A stretch of 20,000 nt of DNA from an uncultured virus (IMG/VR IMGVR_UViG_3300025362_000006) (lineage: Duplodnaviria; Heunggongvirae; Uroviricota; Caudoviricetes): IMG/VR virus record IMGVR_UViG_3300025362_000006; one strand, given 5' to 3'. Below, piece after piece: positions 16,639-20,000 of this stretch (position 1 is the first letter of the stretch; every line of letters starts with the position of its first letter). Position numbers and translations under genes: made by a program. Below the pieces are notes generated by a model, which ran no database searches, had not been told where the DNA came from, and saw nothing but the letters and a program-made list of their open reading frames with translations.

Positions 16639-16755
16639 CTTAAACTCTCCTATAATTTTCTAATTTAAAATTATAGTGTTGTCGATAGAGTATGTTAGTA
16701 ATATCAATTATGTTATTTAGTGATTCGATTAGTTACAGTTAGTATATTTTTTTGT

Positions 16756-17382
16756 TTAGCTTAATTTCCAGAGGATTTCAGTTTCATTAGTTTCAAACAT
16801 AGGTAAACAAAAATTATTAACAAAATTATCGATATTACCAAAATTAATTAGTTTAATATAGAATGAATATTTGTCAAGTAACTCTTTAAAACTCCTATCT
16901 TTAATAATGTTTTTATCAATTGTGTCTAGTTTTTTAATATTGTCATATATCTTCTTAACACATTTAATAATATCAAGTTTAATGTGTCGATAATTTTCTT
17001 TTGAATTTTTTTCAACATATTTATAAAACCCTTCAAATGAATTTACATCTATATCATCCAATAAACTTGGGAAAATAGTAAGATAAAAATCACAACTGAA
17101 AAACTGATATGCTTTATGACCAACAATATATTTAACATTGGGTGTAATCGTTGCTTGATCATAATTAATCATTGGTGTATAATTTTCATGAGCATACTCG
17201 AAGAAATCATCAAGTAATAATAGTTGATATTTTAATTCAATTTTATCAATCATATTAATTCCAAGATTATTGAAATAAATATACTGACCTTCCACGATTG
17301 ACTTTATTCGATTTAAATAATCTCCATCAATGTTATTTTCGTTTTTAACATCATAAATAGAATCTGCTTCTACAATATCCAT
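16756..17382 (-). CDS. Hypothetical protein, 208 aa
   Basis: SD GGGAG; operon packing. Confidence 0.8.
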   Translation of the reverse strand: MDIVEADSIYDVKNENNIDGDYLNRIKSIVEGQYIYFNNLGINMIDKIELKYQLLLLDDFFEYAHENYTPMINYDQATITPNVKYIVGHKAYQFFSCDFYLTIFPSLLDDIDVNSFEGFYKYVEKNSKENYRHIKLDIIKCVKKIYDNIKKLDTIDKNIIKDRSFKELLDKYSFYIKLINFGNIDNFVNNFCLPMFETNETEILWKLS

Positions 17383-17406
17383 AACTTTAATTTACTCCCA
17401 TATTTT

Positions 17407-18645
17407 TTAGAATAGTAGATTGCCACCCGTTGCAACATCACAAACTTCAGTAGTTCTAATTGAAATTTTTCCACTTTTACAATCGGATACTGAAGCATAC
17501 TTTCCACTGTTCATCTTAACAATCCAAACAGTATATGTGTCTGCATCTACCGGTAAAAAATTACTACTTCGTAAAGCAACATCTGTATTAGTTTCATCGA
17601 GAGCTTGAACTTTTGGATCGTTTTTATATTCTGGAAATGTGTATATTGCAGTGTCCGGAATATGAATAGCCTTGACTTTCCCATCTTGAAAAAGGTAATC
17701 GATATAGTCTTGGTCTTTAGCCAAGGTTTTAACTATTTTTCTAATGTCTTTGTCAATTTCAAATTGGCATACATTTTCACATCCAGTCATATCAAATGAC
17801 TGAGCATCCTGTTGGAGATTTGTTTCATCCTGTTTAGGTAGAAATAATTTAACTTCACCATTAGTCACTACGTATCTGGAATTTTCATTATCTTCAATAA
17901 TAAAAATATTATCCTGACTTTTAAATTGTTCCAGGAGCTTAATATATTTTTTCGGATTAATAATATCCAGATCTACAAAATCTCCGTTTTGACTCTTTAA
18001 TACTTTTTGAATATTTGCTTCAATTATACAATCCGTTTGACCCTGTTTGATCTTAGATTGTTTAATTGTAATTGATTCATCGTTGTTCTCCTTATTCAAT
18101 ATCTGGAGAATTTTAACCATGTTATCATAGTCTGCTGGTGTAATTGCAGCTATAATCTGCTTATCTTCAACATTTGGACTAAAGGATTCAGTTATTGAAT
18201 CTAATGGTCCTCGTTCAGGAGTTGGTTGATTGACAGGTTGTGTTTGGACTGGCTGTTGTATAACGGGTTCAGGTATTGCTTGATTAATAGGTTGTTGCAT
18301 AATAGGTTCAGGTTGAGCATAATTAGGAGTTTGTTGAATAATAGGCTGACCAACAGGATCGTCTCCTCCCATTATTTGATTCAATATTCCTTCATCAATA
18401 TTAATTGGTTCTGCTTCAATTGCCGGTTGCTGTGTAAGCATAGGTTCTTGGATATTTTGTTGAATAGGTTCCTGATATTGAACTGGAGGTTGTTGAGTCA
18501 CCTGTTGCTGCTGTGGGTCTTCAACTCTTTGTGGAGCAACAGGTTGTTGAAATCCTTGTGGAGCAGCAGGAGGAACTGGTGGAGCAACTTGTTGTGAAAT
18601 TGATTCTGCTATGTGAGTAAAATTATTTACTATTTGTTCAGTCAT
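17407..18645 (-). CDS. Putative sliding clamp (T4 gp45-like) with a Q/P-rich disordered N-terminus
   Basis: C-terminal ~250 aa aligns by eye with gp45 segments (EANI; DLDIINPKKYIKLL; LFLPKQD; DYIDYLFQDGKV); first ~150 aa is Gln/Pro low complexity. Confidence 0.55.
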   Translation of the reverse strand: MTEQIVNNFTHIAESISQQVAPPVPPAAPQGFQQPVAPQRVEDPQQQQVTQQPPVQYQEPIQQNIQEPMLTQQPAIEAEPINIDEGILNQIMGGDDPVGQPIIQQTPNYAQPEPIMQQPINQAIPEPVIQQPVQTQPVNQPTPERGPLDSITESFSPNVEDKQIIAAITPADYDNMVKILQILNKENNDESITIKQSKIKQGQTDCIIEANIQKVLKSQNGDFVDLDIINPKKYIKLLEQFKSQDNIFIIEDNENSRYVVTNGEVKLFLPKQDETNLQQDAQSFDMTGCENVCQFEIDKDIRKIVKTLAKDQDYIDYLFQDGKVKAIHIPDTAIYTFPEYKNDPKVQALDETNTDVALRSSNFLPVDADTYTVWIVKMNSGKYASVSDCKSGKISIRTTEVCDVATGGNLLF

Positions 18646-18676
18646 AGAAAAATACCTTTTTTAAAATTGAATGTGT

Positions 18677-18703
18677 TCCCCATAAATATTTAGTTTATGG
18701 GGA
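18677..18703. other. Intergenic hairpin
   Basis: TCCCCATAAA 18677-18686 / TTTATGGGGA 18694-18703. Confidence 0.6.
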
Positions 18704-18712
18704 GGAAATTAA

Positions 18713-19081
18713 TTAATATTTGACAGTAAATGAAATACCGTCCGCAGTAGTTTCTAGGATCAGCCCTCTATAATATTTCTTGGGATTATCTTCTTTAACA
18801 ACTCTGATGTATTCATTTAAACTCTGAATGATAGATGCATGAAATTTTTCTTCATTTTTCTTCACATCATCTTTACTTTTAAACACAATTGTGAATGTTC
18901 GATCAGGATTGTTCTGATTTATATATTCAACATTTTCGAGTTTCTTTTCGATATGATATTTTATGATCTCTGCTCGCCATTCAACTGGGAGAGGTATTTC
19001 ACCAGGTTTATCTTTATATTCTTTTTCAGGATCAAGATTAAACTTTTTTACTGTCTCTTCATATGCATCCGTTCCAGCCAT
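18713..19081 (-). CDS. Hypothetical protein, 122 aa
   Basis: SD AAGGA; start one base after the upstream stop. Confidence 0.8.
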   Translation of the reverse strand: MAGTDAYEETVKKFNLDPEKEYKDKPGEIPLPVEWRAEIIKYHIEKKLENVEYINQNNPDRTFTIVFKSKDDVKKNEEKFHASIIQSLNEYIRVVKEDNPKKYYRGLILETTADGISFTVKY

Positions 19082-19082
19082 T

Positions 19083-19382
19083 TTATTTATTTCCTTTTTT
19101 AAAATTAGGGTTTAATTGCAGGACATTACCAGTATTCTCTGTCTTTGGATGTTTAATTTTCAATTTTTTATATCCAAACACATCTTCTCGATTAATGAAC
19201 GAAAAATCTTCTTCTTCGTCTACTTCACTGTAAAAACTATACCCATCCTCTGTGTGTATTTTTCTTTGGACATCGGATAATTTCAATACATCTTTGCCTG
19301 CGTATTGAATTGTACATAATATATCTCCTCCGACTGTTATCAAAATAATTTCTTCTTTCAATGGAAATCTCAAATTCCCCAT
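19083..19382 (-). CDS. Hypothetical protein, 99 aa, possible Sm/LSm-like fold
   Basis: SD AAGGAG; strand pattern IILIT-GDILCTI-DVLKLSDV...FINREDVFGY. Confidence 0.6.
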   Translation of the reverse strand: MGNLRFPLKEEIILITVGGDILCTIQYAGKDVLKLSDVQRKIHTEDGYSFYSEVDEEEDFSFINREDVFGYKKLKIKHPKTENTGNVLQLNPNFKKGNK

Positions 19383-19455
19383 ATAACTCCTTATTCTTTT
19401 GTTTTAAAAATTCTAACGAAATATAAAATATAAAAAGTAATAACTATCAAATTTT

Positions 19456-19496
19456 AACCCTAATCAATTCAAATAATAATTGAATTGATTAGGGTT
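19456..19496. terminator. Perfect 17-bp inverted repeat
   Basis: AACCCTAATCAATTCAA 19456-19472 / TTGAATTGATTAGGGTT 19480-19496; T tract on the + side. Confidence 0.7.
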
Positions 19497-19505
19497 TTTT
19501 AATGA

Positions 19506-19859
19506 TCACTCATTGATCTTGATTACTTTTGCGTTCTGCCCAACCGAGGTCGGAGATGTCCGCTGAATAAATTCTTTTCTATTCAACTCATTCTCCTTCC
19601 TCGCCTGTTGCTGGTCTTCTTGAGTCCAGATTCCATAACATGGGATCTTAATATTTTCTTGACCCAGTAATTCCCCAGAGGGTTTTCCAGAGAATTTTAT
19701 TCGGAGATCTATATCTCCAATTATTTTTCTAACCATAGCATCAATGACGCCAATAAAATGTCTCTTAATCTGGCTTGACAACCAGACTTCTATGATGTTT
19801 TTCTCGTCATTGTAGTATGCCTTGATCCCAACTTCGATCATTGAGTTATTAATTGTCAT
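19506..19859 (-). CDS. Hypothetical protein, 117 aa
   Basis: Start reassigned to ATG 19859 (MTINNS) behind AAGGGAG. Confidence 0.75.
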   Translation of the reverse strand: MTINNSMIEVGIKAYYNDEKNIIEVWLSSQIKRHFIGVIDAMVRKIIGDIDLRIKFSGKPSGELLGQENIKIPCYGIWTQEDQQQARKENELNRKEFIQRTSPTSVGQNAKVIKINE

Positions 19860-19942
19860 TACGATAGTCTCCCTTTTAAAATAATTAAAAAACAATAAAA
19901 TAATAAAACTCAATCCATTGATTGTGTTTTTTATTTAACTAA

Positions 19943-19959
19943 TATTATTATTTATATAT
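19943..19959 (-). promoter_or_regulatory. Putative phage promoter ATATATAAATAATAATA (copy 5)
   Basis: 16/17 match to the 17-mer; 84 nt upstream of ATG 19859. Confidence 0.6.
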
Positions 19960-20000
19960 GTATTCGATGAATACACTATTTAATAACGTGATTTATGGAT

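Noticed and set aside
14263..19102. Plus-strand ORFs 14263-14478, 14636-14845, 15170-15352, 17420-17608, 17605-17799, 18226-18597, 18839-19102
   Set aside because: Antisense to supported - strand genes; 18226-18597 mirrors the Gln/Pro codon repeats.
1..20000. Archaeal virus or chromosomal eCIS/tailocin interpretation
   Set aside because: TATA-like motifs are suggestive, but a T4-type mRNA group I intron, hairpin terminators and many orphan accessory genes fit a large bacteriophage better; host not determinable. No tRNA, rRNA, CRISPR or IS elements were seen.

Overview
AT-rich segment of a large (probably jumbo) contractile-tailed phage genome. The + strand (154-11490) is a T4-like tail/baseplate module: hub-assembly chaperone, gp25-like protein, a 1136-aa baseplate wedge/fibre-like protein containing two identical 615-bp repeats, a tail-fibre collar-like protein, tail sheath and tail tube. 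Two small accessory genes are embedded in it. The sheath gene is split by a compact 286-nt ORF-less group I intron (9661-9946) whose core helices and splice sites can be read directly; splicing restores a 683-aa sheath. The - strand (11550-19859) carries accessory and replication genes: queD and queC (7-deazaguanine pathway), a probable gp45-like sliding clamp with a long Q/P-rich N-terminus, a possible Sm-fold protein and small hypothetical genes. A second RNA-level layer is visible: a recurrent ATATATAAAT promoter-like motif (5 copies), anti-RBS arms upstream of that motif at the two embedded genes, a candidate structured RNA displaying an anti-Shine-Dalgarno loop, a probable +1 frameshift extending the hub chaperone, and a -1-frameshifted gene upstream of queD. 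All protein-family calls are from motif recognition by eye; no searches were run.
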